This document shows, piece after piece, positions 43,546 to 52,445 of a DNA stretch of 64,000 nt. Made by a program: the position numbers and the translations under genes. Numbering within the stretch: the first letter of the stretch is position 1; the number at the start of each line of letters is the position of its first letter. A model generated the notes under the pieces. The model worked only from the letters and a program-made list of their open reading frames with translations. It searched no databases and was not told the origin of the DNA. This DNA comes from Candidatus Fermentibacter danicus (GTDB lineage: Bacteria > Fermentibacterota > Fermentibacteria > Fermentibacterales > Fermentibacteraceae): the NCBI GenBank assembly GCA_001618615.1, contig LKHB01000181.1, positions 2,210 through 66,209 on the forward strand, read 5' to 3'.

Positions 43546-45270
43546 TTGCAGGCGATCCGGGTTCTCAGCGACGAGGTGGTCAACCTCATCTCCGCCGGCG
43601 AGGTGGTCGAGCGGCCGTCATCCATCGTGAAGGAGCTGGTCGAGAACTCGATCGATGCAGGAGCCTCGTCCGTGGAGGTGGAGATCGAGAGGGGGGGCCG
43701 GCAGTCGATAACCGTAAGGGACGACGGTTCCGGGATGTCGCGGCACGACCTGCTCCTCTCGGTGCAGAGGCATGCGACCAGCAAGATCGCCAGGGCTTCG
43801 GACCTGGAGAGCATGACCACGCTCGGATTCCGGGGCGAGGCCCTGCCCAGCATCGCAGCCGTGACCCACATGTCCATCGTCACATCCGACGGAGCCGGGG
43901 CCTGGAGGCTTACGATAGACGGAGGCGTACTCGGAGGGGTCGAACCGGCCGCGAGGACCAGGGGCACGACCATCGTGGCGTCGGGCGTATTCTTCAACCA
44001 GCCCGCGAGGAGGAAGTTCCTCAGGTCGGAGAAGACCGAGGAGTCGTGGATCATCCGTCATCTCGAGGCGCTGGCCTTCTCGAGGCTGGATGTGTCCATC
44101 TCTCTCACGAGCGACGGACGGAGAGTCTTCTCCATACCCGCCGGCACGCTCGAATCCCGCGTCATAACCAGATTCCAGCTTCCCCGTGGAACCGGAGCCG
44201 TCACCGGGCTGGCCTCGGACGGCGCGAGGAGCGCTCGGATACTCCTCTTCCCCGAGAGGCGCACCTCCTCCAGACAGAACTGGTACACCGTGCTCAACGG
44301 CAGGCCTGTTTCGATCAGGGCCGTGGGATATGTCCTCGAGAGCATGCTGGGCGGGCCTTCCGGGTTTCCCCTTTGCGTCTGCAGCCTCGAACTATCCCCG
44401 GGAGACTACGACGTGAACGTACACCCCGCGAAGCTGGAGGCCAGGATGCGCGTGCCTTCGATGATCCAGGCCCTCGTCGCATCGGCGGTCGAGGATGCGA
44501 CGGGCCGCAGGACGGAGGAGGTGCGCGGGAGCCTGACGGCTGCCGGTGGTAACCTGAATGCCGGTGGCGGGGGTGGCTGGAGCCTGACGGCCGTCGGGAG
44601 CGCAGGCGGATCGGCCCTCGGGAAGGAATCCGGCTATCCGGTTTCGTCGAGTCTCTTCGAGACTGCATTCGAGCTTCAGTCCCCCGGTGGTGTGCTTCGA
44701 AAGGAAGCGTCCCCGCCTCCTTCAGCCGCCATCTATCAGGTGGGCAGGAGCTACCTGGTCTCGGCCATGGCAGGGGGGATCGTGATAGTAGACCCTCACG
44801 CCGCGCACGAGAGAATCCTCTTCGAGAGCATCAGGAAGGGCCCCTCCGGCCGTCCGGGGCAGCAGCGCCTGCTCCTGCCGGAGCGGCTCGACCTCGATCC
44901 GGCCTCTCTCGAACAGCTCGGGCTCTATTCCGACATGATAGCCGAGGCCGGCTTCGACATACAGGAATCGGGGGGGCGCCTCATGCTCTGCGCGGTTCCC
45001 GAGGGGGTCAGGCACGGGGTGGAGGCGGTACACGAGATTCTGGCCTCCCTGTCGGACCCCTCCAGGGCCTCTCTCCCTCCACAGGACCAGATCGCGGCCG
45101 CTGCAGCCTGCGCCGGAGCGGTCAAGCTCGGCGACAGCCTCGATCCAGTCCAGGCCGCCGAACTCCTGGACATGCTGTTCGCAACGAAGGATCCCTTCCA
45201 TTGCCCGCACGGAAGGCCAACACTCATCGAGATTTCTTACGACGAGCTGGCCAGGAGGTTCGGCAGATGA
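43546..45270 (+). CDS. mutL: DNA mismatch repair protein MutL
   Basis: 574 aa with a TTG start. GHKL ATPase N-terminus (LISAGEVVERPSSIVKELVENSIDAGAS...VRDDGSGM). The C-terminal dimerisation domain contains DQHAAHERI-like and CPHGRP motifs (endonuclease-type MutL). Confidence 0.9.
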   Translation: MQAIRVLSDEVVNLISAGEVVERPSSIVKELVENSIDAGASSVEVEIERGGRQSITVRDDGSGMSRHDLLLSVQRHATSKIARASDLESMTTLGFRGEALPSIAAVTHMSIVTSDGAGAWRLTIDGGVLGGVEPAARTRGTTIVASGVFFNQPARRKFLRSEKTEESWIIRHLEALAFSRLDVSISLTSDGRRVFSIPAGTLESRVITRFQLPRGTGAVTGLASDGARSARILLFPERRTSSRQNWYTVLNGRPVSIRAVGYVLESMLGGPSGFPLCVCSLELSPGDYDVNVHPAKLEARMRVPSMIQALVASAVEDATGRRTEEVRGSLTAAGGNLNAGGGGGWSLTAVGSAGGSALGKESGYPVSSSLFETAFELQSPGGVLRKEASPPPSAAIYQVGRSYLVSAMAGGIVIVDPHAAHERILFESIRKGPSGRPGQQRLLLPERLDLDPASLEQLGLYSDMIAEAGFDIQESGGRLMLCAVPEGVRHGVEAVHEILASLSDPSRASLPPQDQIAAAAACAGAVKLGDSLDPVQAAELLDMLFATKDPFHCPHGRPTLIEISYDELARRFGR

Positions 45271-46223
45271 TCCGCCTTCCTCCCGTGCCGGTGATAACAG
45301 GTTGCACTGCAACCGGGAAGACCGCTCTCGCACTGGCTCTCGCCCGGGACTACCCGATAGAGGTGATCAGCGCCGACTCCCGTCAGGTCTACAGATACAT
45401 GGACATAGGCACGGCCAAGCCCGGCAGGGCGGAAACGGCGGCGCTGCCCCACCATCTGATCGACATCGCAGACCCGGACGGCTGCTTTTCCGCCGGCTCG
45501 TTCGCGCGGGAGGCCGCCCGGCTCATCCTCGAGATCTCCGCAAGGGGAGCCGTGCCTGTGATCGTCGGTGGAACCGGCCTCTACATCCGGGCACTGACCG
45601 GACCTTTCGACGACCTGCCTCCCGCACATCCCGCCCTCCGCACGGTTCTCTCCGCCTGCGAAGCATCCTCTGCGGGCTTTCTGCGCAGGTTTCTGGCGAG
45701 GCTGGACCCGGTTTCCTCTAAAACCATCGGGGCCGGTGACGCGGTCAGAACGCTCAGGGCCCTGGAGATAACCATTCTGTCGGGACGCCGTGCATCCGTC
45801 CTCAGAACCGGTGCTGGACGAAGAAGCGGGTTCACCTTCCGCATCGCGAGGATAGAGATTCCCGGAGCCGCGCTCCGGGCGAGGATATCCCTGCGGGTGA
45901 ACAGGATGATGGAGGACGGACTGGAGGCGGAAGTCGGACGCCTGCTCGCGATGGGCTACGGGCGGGGCTGCGCGCCGGGAAGGACGATAGGATACAGGGA
46001 GGTGCTCGATTCCATCGACGCCGGCCGGTCTTCCGAGGAGACCACGACAGCGATCGTGAACGGGACATGGCGCTTTTCGAGGAGGCAGAGGAACATGCTC
46101 GGCAGGCTTCCCGCGGATCTCGTTTCCGACGGAGGAGATCCGGCATCTCTCGGTCCCGCCCTTTTCGAGGGATGGGATCGATCATTCGCGGATGGAGGGA
46201 CTGGCAGTGCAGAAGGCAGTTGA
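45267..46223 (+). CDS. miaA: tRNA dimethylallyltransferase
   Basis: Internal start MIRLPPVPVITGCTATGKTALALALA (P-loop) of track ORF 45201..46223. DSRQVYRYMDIGTAKP is MiaA-typical. Overlaps the mutL stop by 4 nt. Confidence 0.85.
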   Translation: MIRLPPVPVITGCTATGKTALALALARDYPIEVISADSRQVYRYMDIGTAKPGRAETAALPHHLIDIADPDGCFSAGSFAREAARLILEISARGAVPVIVGGTGLYIRALTGPFDDLPPAHPALRTVLSACEASSAGFLRRFLARLDPVSSKTIGAGDAVRTLRALEITILSGRRASVLRTGAGRRSGFTFRIARIEIPGAALRARISLRVNRMMEDGLEAEVGRLLAMGYGRGCAPGRTIGYREVLDSIDAGRSSEETTTAIVNGTWRFSRRQRNMLGRLPADLVSDGGDPASLGPALFEGWDRSFADGGTGSAEGS

Positions 46224-47499
46224 ACCGCTTTCCGAGCATATCCCGCTCGAAGAGGTGAAGATCGAGGAGATCGACTCCCTCGATCCGCCCGAAGGCTGGA
46301 GCCCGGAGTCTCCCGGGGTCGAACCCGTGCCTCCTCCGATTCTCATCGAGGAGGAGGGCAGATTCTCGCTTCTGATCAACCACGACTCCTTCTGGCGGGC
46401 CAGAGCGGCCGGCATGCTCTCGATCAGGGCCATGGTCGTGAGGAATCCCATACACGTCCCGATCGCTCACAAGTCGGTGAAGAACAGCCTGGAGGAGGCG
46501 CTCCTCTTCGACGGCCTGCTCCGGATGTCCATCGTCCCCAACAGGAGCAGGCTTGCGGAGCTGCTGAACTTCTCCAGAGCCCGGATCACACAGGTGCTCA
46601 ACGTCCTGAAGCTGCCCCTCCAGATCAGGCGCGAACTGCTGATCACCGAGAACATCAGCGAGTTCCACCTCCGCCCCCTCATCAAGATGGACGACGAGAA
46701 GCGTCAACTGGCCTCGTTCCGCAAGCTGATCGCCGACGGGCTGACCGGGAGGCAGATGGCCCTGTTCGCGGCCTCCGGAGAGGAACCGGTCGAGGAGGCA
46801 CAGACGGACCTCGAAAGAATTATGTCGGAGCCTGTGCTGGTTACGCCCGAGCCTCCCTCCGGGGAAGCCCCGCGGAAACCGGTTTCAGCTATGGAAACTC
46901 CCCCTGAAGATGAGGAGGTCGCCGCCCCGGCGTCCGCGCCGGAGGCTGATCCGGCCGCCGGAGAACACGCCGCGAAGAAGACCCAGGGGCAGCAGGAGAA
47001 GACCAGGCAGCCCAGATCCGCTCAGAGGGCGGACTCCGGGAAGGAGGACACGCCGCCCTCCACGGCCGAGAGAGCCCTGTTCATGAGGGCGAAGGGTCTG
47101 CTCGATATCCTGGGCACGCTGCGGGACAAGGGCTGGGAGGAGAAGGCCGCCAGGAACGGAGCGACACGCGAGGAACTCGTCTTCCTGGAGGGAGTATCCC
47201 TTCTTCGCAGGGGGCTTTACGAGCGAGCTGCCGAAACCCTCATCAACGCCTCGCACCTGTCCCGCGACAATGCCGCCGTCTTCTTCTTCCTCGGAAGGAG
47301 CTACAACCTCATGGAAAAGCTGTCGAACGCCGAGGAGTATCTCCGGATGGCCTGCGAGCACGTGCCGGACGATCCCGACATCCTTTCCGAACTGGCCATC
47401 GTCCTGGAGAAGCAGAAACGGTACACGGAAGCGTCGAGCTTCTACAGGAGGGCTTCCGCCCTCCGGAACCCCTCCCAGCCCAGGAGCCGGCGCCAGTGA
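46192..47499 (+). CDS. ParB-like HTH protein with a degenerate ParB/Srx N-domain and a C-terminal TPR region
   Basis: 435 aa. NRSRLAELLNFSRARITQVLNVLKLPLQIRREL matches the ParB HTH and LKLP box. The upstream LINHDSFWRARAAGMLSIRAMVV aligns to the ParB GERRxRAA arginine-patch region but is diverged. A low-complexity Pro/Glu/Ala linker follows, then TPR-like repeats (FFFLGRSYNLMEKLSNAEEYLRMACEHVPDDPDILSELAIVLEKQKRYTEASSFYRRA). Confidence 0.55.
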   Translation: MEGLAVQKAVEPLSEHIPLEEVKIEEIDSLDPPEGWSPESPGVEPVPPPILIEEEGRFSLLINHDSFWRARAAGMLSIRAMVVRNPIHVPIAHKSVKNSLEEALLFDGLLRMSIVPNRSRLAELLNFSRARITQVLNVLKLPLQIRRELLITENISEFHLRPLIKMDDEKRQLASFRKLIADGLTGRQMALFAASGEEPVEEAQTDLERIMSEPVLVTPEPPSGEAPRKPVSAMETPPEDEEVAAPASAPEADPAAGEHAAKKTQGQQEKTRQPRSAQRADSGKEDTPPSTAERALFMRAKGLLDILGTLRDKGWEEKAARNGATREELVFLEGVSLLRRGLYERAAETLINASHLSRDNAAVFFFLGRSYNLMEKLSNAEEYLRMACEHVPDDPDILSELAIVLEKQKRYTEASSFYRRASALRNPSQPRSRRQ

Positions 47500-49088
47500 G
47501 ATCGAGGGACGCCTCGCTCTTCGTCATGTCTCTGATCCTCGCCGCCGGATGCGCCCGCATAGTGGCTCCGTCGGGAGGCCCGGAGGACAAATCCCCGCCT
47601 TCGGTGGTCTCGGTTTCTCCGCCTCCCTCGGCCGGGGTGCCGGAACTGGACAGAATCACGATATCATGGGACGAGAGGCTTCAGCAGAGCACCATCGAGG
47701 CGCAGCTCTTCCCGCGTATCCCGGCCAGGATCGGCAGTTCGCAGAGATCGATTACGATCTCGCTCGAAGAGCCTCTCGGAGCCCGCACACTGCTCGTCCA
47801 CATCCCGTCATCCCTCTCCGACCAGCATGGCAACGAACTGGGCGCGACGCTCGACTTCGCCTACAGCGGTCTGGACACGCTGCCTTCGGGGGTCATCAGG
47901 ATATCGACGGCCAGGCAGGGCGGAACCGTGTTCGGCGCGGAGGTGCGGGTCGAAGTCACCGACGAGTCGAATGAACTCGTGCGCAGGACGACTCCGGACT
48001 CGACAGGCATCGCTTTCGCGGGCTGGCTTCCCGGAGGCGGCTACTCCGTCCTCTGCTACGAGGATCTGGACAGGAGCATGACGTGGGAGCGCGACATGGA
48101 AGCAGGTGCCGAGACCACCCTGGTCCTTCCGGCGGCCGACACGCTCACCCTCGATATGGTTCTGACCGTCGTGGACACCGTCGGCCCCAGGCTCGTATCG
48201 GTGACTTCCCTGGACGCATTCCATCTTCAGGTGGATTTCAACGAACAGCCCGCCATCCCGGCGGCCCCCGGAGCGTCGTTCTCGCTGAGCGACCCCTCGG
48301 GAGCCCGGATCGGGATACTCGGATGCTGGGGGTCCGGCGCCCGTGACGCCAGATCGCTGATACTGGCCACCGGGGCTCTTCCGGCCGGACTCTGCATACT
48401 CCGGACGGACGGAACCATAGAGGATCTTCTCGGCAACGCCTCCGATCCGGACTCGATCGAATTCACCGCCGTCGATTCCGTCGCGACCGACTCTCTCAGA
48501 CTGCAATCCATGTACCCGCCGCCGGGCGCGACGGAGGTGTCCGCCTCGACGATCATCGCCTTCTCCTTCTCGGACTGGGTCGATTACGATTCGCTTCTGA
48601 CCAGATTCAGCCTGTCCAGGGTGCTGGACGGCTCGAAAGTCGAGGGCACGCTCACCGCCAGGGATTCGAGATCGTTCGAGTTCGCACCCCTGCACGACCT
48701 GATGGGCGAGGAGCAGTACAGAGTCGAAATCCTGTCCGGCCTCGAATCCCCTTCCGGTGACACTCTCCAGACGACGGGCTGGGCCTTCGTAGCCGCCTGG
48801 GGCGACGAACCCGGCTCGATCGAGGGAGTCGTCAGAGGGGGCGGGGCGAACATCGTGATAGGTGTAACGGCCGCCGGCTCCAGCGGCGATTCCTTTTCTT
48901 TCGGAATCCGGAGCGGTCCGTTCGTTCTCGAGGGCATCCCTGCAGGCAGGTACACCGTATCGGCCTGGACGGACAGGAACGGCAACGGCGTCTGGGATCC
49001 CGGAGAGCCCTACGGAAACTGTCCCGGGGTCGTGCTGGTGAACCCGGGCATAGCCACGACGGGGGTGGCGATTGAGATTCTCCCCTGA
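47496..49088 (+). CDS. Lipoprotein with bacterial Ig-like (SbsA/Big-type) domains
   Basis: 530 aa with a lipobox (LILAAGCAR). PSVVSVSPPPSAG is the typical start of SbsA-type Ig-like domains. A beta-rich repeat organisation follows. Confidence 0.5.
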   Translation: MRSRDASLFVMSLILAAGCARIVAPSGGPEDKSPPSVVSVSPPPSAGVPELDRITISWDERLQQSTIEAQLFPRIPARIGSSQRSITISLEEPLGARTLLVHIPSSLSDQHGNELGATLDFAYSGLDTLPSGVIRISTARQGGTVFGAEVRVEVTDESNELVRRTTPDSTGIAFAGWLPGGGYSVLCYEDLDRSMTWERDMEAGAETTLVLPAADTLTLDMVLTVVDTVGPRLVSVTSLDAFHLQVDFNEQPAIPAAPGASFSLSDPSGARIGILGCWGSGARDARSLILATGALPAGLCILRTDGTIEDLLGNASDPDSIEFTAVDSVATDSLRLQSMYPPPGATEVSASTIIAFSFSDWVDYDSLLTRFSLSRVLDGSKVEGTLTARDSRSFEFAPLHDLMGEEQYRVEILSGLESPSGDTLQTTGWAFVAAWGDEPGSIEGVVRGGGANIVIGVTAAGSSGDSFSFGIRSGPFVLEGIPAGRYTVSAWTDRNGNGVWDPGEPYGNCPGVVLVNPGIATTGVAIEILP

Positions 49089-49884
49089 GGAAGCCATCGA
49101 CAGAGGCCTCTGCACGAGCTGCGGGAGGTGCTCCGCCGTCTGTCCCTCGGGCGCGGCGTCCGGCGGCGCCGGAGTTCCTCCGGCCTTCGATCTCCGCAGG
49201 TGCATCTCCTGTGGACACTGCTCCGCCTTCTGCCCCGTGGACGCCTTCCATTCCGGAAGCCTGCCGGGATCTTCCGCCGCATGCGGCATCGATCCGCTGC
49301 TTGAGCTCTATTCCGGCAGGAGATCGGTGAGGGTGTTCGCGCCGGTGGAGGTGACGGAGGCCGAAAGGGCGAAGATGCTGTCCGTGATCGGCTACTGCCC
49401 CACGGGCGTCAACAGGTGCGGGATCGTCGTGCGCGCGTTCGGAGGGGCGGAGGCCGGGTCACTCCACGAGAGCGTCAGAAGGGCGCTGCGGCCGTTCTGG
49501 AAGATCGGCCCGCTCCGGCTGATCGGAGCCGTCTCCGGGTATGGGGCGGTTCTGCGGCGCTTCATGAAAGGGGAGGACCTGATATTCAGGCAGGCTCCGC
49601 TGGTGCTTTTCTTCTTCACCCCGCGGAGGAACCCCACTTCGGCGGAAGACGGCGTGATAGCCGCGTCCATGGTCATGACGGCCGCGTGCTCCATGGGGTT
49701 CGGCTCCTTCTGGAACGGGGTGGCCAGGATCCTCTACCACATCACGCCTTCGTGGAGAAGGCTGGCCGGGGCGCCCCGTGGGTCCAGACTCTGCGCCGTG
49801 CTGTGCCTGGGCAGACCCGCCTTCGAGTCCAGACCGCTGCCGCCGAGAGAGTGGACGCTTCTGGACGGAAGCGGAAGGCCGTAA
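49072..49884 (+). CDS. Nitroreductase-family protein with an N-terminal 2x[4Fe-4S] ferredoxin domain
   Basis: 270 aa. Two Cys clusters, CTSCGRCSAVCP and CISCGHCSAFCP. The downstream RRSVRVFAPVEVTEAERAKML is the nitroreductase FMN-binding fold start (RRSxR). Confidence 0.65.
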   Translation: MRFSPEEAIDRGLCTSCGRCSAVCPSGAASGGAGVPPAFDLRRCISCGHCSAFCPVDAFHSGSLPGSSAACGIDPLLELYSGRRSVRVFAPVEVTEAERAKMLSVIGYCPTGVNRCGIVVRAFGGAEAGSLHESVRRALRPFWKIGPLRLIGAVSGYGAVLRRFMKGEDLIFRQAPLVLFFFTPRRNPTSAEDGVIAASMVMTAACSMGFGSFWNGVARILYHITPSWRRLAGAPRGSRLCAVLCLGRPAFESRPLPPREWTLLDGSGRP

Positions 49885-49893
49885 CCGGCCGGA

Positions 49894-50832
49894 CTAGTCG
49901 AGGGGCACCGCTGAGAAGGGCATGGGGGAGTGGAGATCCTCGCGCCACGTCTCGGGACGGTAGAACCCCCGGTGTCCCAGCAGCCTCGTTACAGAAGAGA
50001 GAGCCATGTCCATCCGGCTTATCCTGAGCCGGCCCGACGCGCTCCGGAGCGAGCCCAGATCGGCCAGCGCTCCGTCCACGACGAAACCGAGCCCGGCCGA
50101 GGGGATGCCCTCGAATGAGATCGTGGAGAGTCTCTCATCGACACGGGCGCCCTCGGGAATCATTCCTCCAGGCCAGGCTGCGGCGTACATCCCTCCGAGC
50201 CGTATGCCCACATACTTCTTCACCGCCTCCTGAGCCCCGGTGAGGGCGGGCCCCCAGGAGTCGGCGCCCATCCCCATGAAGCTGCGGTGCCTGGCCGAGT
50301 GGTTCCCGATGCAGTATCCGCGGTCGAGCAGGAAATTGAACTTCTGTTCGATGTATTCCTGCTGTCCGAAGGGGATCTTGTCGAAGGATATGAAGAACAC
50401 GGCGCCACGTCCGAAGTCGGGGTGCGAGTCGCAGAACTCCTCCAGGATGCCTACCGCGCACCGGGGGTCGATCTCGAGAGAGCCGTCCGGTCTCCTCAGA
50501 TAATTGAACTGGCTCTGCCATCCGTCGTCGAACGTGATCATGACCGGACTCCTCCCCGCGGGGAGTCTGACGAGGCCGTTCGACAAATCTTCGGGCGTGA
50601 TCAGGAAGAAGCCTTCGCTCTCGAGCTGCTCGAGGTCGTTCCTGAATCGCCGTGCGCTCACCGAAAGCTCCCCGCCGGTGTCGATCGAATGGTAGCAGAG
50701 AACGGGGAACCTGTCGGATCCCTCGGGGAGCGGAGGAGGAGGAGGCGTATCCGGCGGTTCGCACGAATAGACCCCGGGCGGCGTCCCCGCCAGAGCGGCC
50801 AGTGCGGCCAGCAGGCATGCGAACGAGGTCAC
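49894..50832 (-). CDS. Polysaccharide deacetylase (NodB homology domain, CE4), secreted
   Basis: C-terminal 313 aa of track ORF 49894..51561, from GTG (VTSFACLLAALAALAG, signal). MITFDDGWQS and GNHSARH are CE4 motifs 1 and 2. Its GTG start overlaps the upstream gene's TGA (GTGA). Confidence 0.75.
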   Translation of the reverse strand: MTSFACLLAALAALAGTPPGVYSCEPPDTPPPPPLPEGSDRFPVLCYHSIDTGGELSVSARRFRNDLEQLESEGFFLITPEDLSNGLVRLPAGRSPVMITFDDGWQSQFNYLRRPDGSLEIDPRCAVGILEEFCDSHPDFGRGAVFFISFDKIPFGQQEYIEQKFNFLLDRGYCIGNHSARHRSFMGMGADSWGPALTGAQEAVKKYVGIRLGGMYAAAWPGGMIPEGARVDERLSTISFEGIPSAGLGFVVDGALADLGSLRSASGRLRISRMDMALSSVTRLLGHRGFYRPETWREDLHSPMPFSAVPLD

Positions 50833-51542
50833 GGCCGGCTCAGGGGGACTACCGTGAAACGGTCGAGCACGGCGCTGGTCCATGCGTCCACGAAGACACC
50901 GGTCTGTCCCATGACCGGGACGGTGGTCCGGACGACCTGCAGGAGCTGTCCGTTCACGGAGAAATCGACATAGTTGCCATGTATCTCGGCGGTCAGGACG
51001 ACCCGTTCCGGATCGAACGGAAGCAGCCTGCTCGATTCGAACGGATCGAGACCCATAACGGGAGTCCAGAGGCCGCCCAGACATCTCTGCACGGTGTACT
51101 GGCCTCGGGAGTTGACACCGGCCATCAGAAAGGTGTCGTAGTCCTCGGCCCTGAGTATCAGCCCCAGTACGGAGTGGGGCCTGGAGCGGTCCACCTCGAA
51201 CACCGCCTCCACCAATCCGTCCCTGAGGAGCGAGGCCGTCGACAGCAGGACTGCGGCATCGTGCGAGGCGGAATTGTCGATGTGCAACCCGCCGTGATAG
51301 ATCTCGAAACGGCAGCCGGGTCCGAACGGCGCATCGAGGATGTTGTCGAAGGTGCAGTTGAGAAGTGTATCCTCCGCGGTCGGCGGTGTCGCGGCGGGGG
51401 AGGAGTCGGACGAGGAAGACTCGCGCCCGACGAGCGGACCTGCGAAAAAGCCCGCAGTCTGCGGAGAACCGCAGGATGCGAGCAGGACAACCAGGGGGAG
51501 GGAGGCGAGGATGACGGCAGGGGGCTTGTCGAAGAGTCGCAT
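50829..51542 (-). CDS. Hypothetical lipoprotein
   Basis: Internal start MRLFDKPPAVILASLPLVVLLASCGS (a lipobox) of track ORF 50829..52196. About 238 aa. No family recognised. Confidence 0.5.
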   Translation of the reverse strand: MRLFDKPPAVILASLPLVVLLASCGSPQTAGFFAGPLVGRESSSSDSSPAATPPTAEDTLLNCTFDNILDAPFGPGCRFEIYHGGLHIDNSASHDAAVLLSTASLLRDGLVEAVFEVDRSRPHSVLGLILRAEDYDTFLMAGVNSRGQYTVQRCLGGLWTPVMGLDPFESSRLLPFDPERVVLTAEIHGNYVDFSVNGQLLQVVRTTVPVMGQTGVFVDAWTSAVLDRFTVVPLSRP

Positions 51543-52410
51543 CGAAACCTTTCCCCGCCATTCCGGGCGGTCTGGATGGATCAGGCGCGAAGTTAAGACA
51601 CTCATCCTCACCTGTCCAGTACTTCTTGCAGCCGCCTGCGGCGGCGGGGGCGGCGATCCCGATCCGGTGACACCGGAAAACATAACTGAATCCTCTATCC
51701 AGCCGGGCGCTCCGGCCGTGTTCATGGTGAGCGCCGCGCCGCCGGACACGATGCCTCTATTCTGGAGCGTTCCAGGTCCCGTCGGCGAGGTCAGGCCACG
51801 GGTTTCGCCCGGCGACGAGGTCGAGGCCGGCGACACCCTGGCCACCGGCAGGGACTCCATGTCGATGATGGAGCTCGAACGCTCGCGGATGGCCCTTGCC
51901 ATTGCACAGGCCCGTTTCGACGTCTCGCCGGGCGACACCTCCCTCGCCGTGATCCTTGCGGAAGAGTCAGCCAGGTGCGCCGCGCTGGATTCCGCATCGC
52001 GCCTGGTCCTCACGGCCCCCGTGGCCGGCCTGGTCGTCTCCGTCCCACGGCCGGTCCCGGGCGGGCCTGTGGTTCTGATCCTGACCGGGATCGACAGCCT
52101 TGTCGCCCTGACGCCGCCGCCGGGCGCCGGAATGCTGAGATGGCCGGAATCGGCCGGTCCGCTCCGGCTCGTGGAAATCGGCGACGGTTGCGCCATATAT
52201 TCCGGCCTGCCGACGGACAGCCTGTTCGCCTTCCCGGGATCGTTCTCCGTCCCCAGGCAGGCGCTGAGGACTTCCGGGCTCGAGAGCTATCTGGTGCTGG
52301 AGGATGGTGACAGCCTCGCAATCGAGGTGCTCTGCACGACGGGTTCGACTCTGACGGTCACCGGGGCTCTCCCGGCGGATTCGCGAATACGGGTCTGGGC
52401 CGGTCCGTGA
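51511..52410 (+). CDS. Short lipoprotein related to RND/HlyD periplasmic adaptor proteins (biotin-lipoyl-like and beta-barrel segments only); start uncertain
   Basis: Track ORF 51340..52410. Lipobox TLILTCPVLLAAACGG. GEVRPRVSPGDEVEAGDTLAT is a lipoyl-like hairpin. The C-terminal SVPRQALRTSGLESYLVLEDGDSLAIEV...TVTGALPADSRIRV resembles the adaptor beta-barrel and MP domains. There is no ATG/GTG/TTG between the upstream stop and the lipobox other than Met at 51511, which overlaps the divergent lipoprotein gene. Confidence 0.4.
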   Translation: MTAGGLSKSRIETFPRHSGRSGWIRREVKTLILTCPVLLAAACGGGGGDPDPVTPENITESSIQPGAPAVFMVSAAPPDTMPLFWSVPGPVGEVRPRVSPGDEVEAGDTLATGRDSMSMMELERSRMALAIAQARFDVSPGDTSLAVILAEESARCAALDSASRLVLTAPVAGLVVSVPRPVPGGPVVLILTGIDSLVALTPPPGAGMLRWPESAGPLRLVEIGDGCAIYSGLPTDSLFAFPGSFSVPRQALRTSGLESYLVLEDGDSLAIEVLCTTGSTLTVTGALPADSRIRVWAGP

Positions 52411-52445
52411 CCGGTGCAGGCTGCTGACTGAGGGGGAGGTGTTTC

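Noticed and set aside
46800-47050. Low-complexity Pro/Glu/Ala/Gln-rich stretch that looked like a possible repeat element.
   Set aside because: It is in frame within the ParB-like-TPR ORF and behaves as a disordered interdomain linker. There is no nucleotide-level tandem repeat structure.
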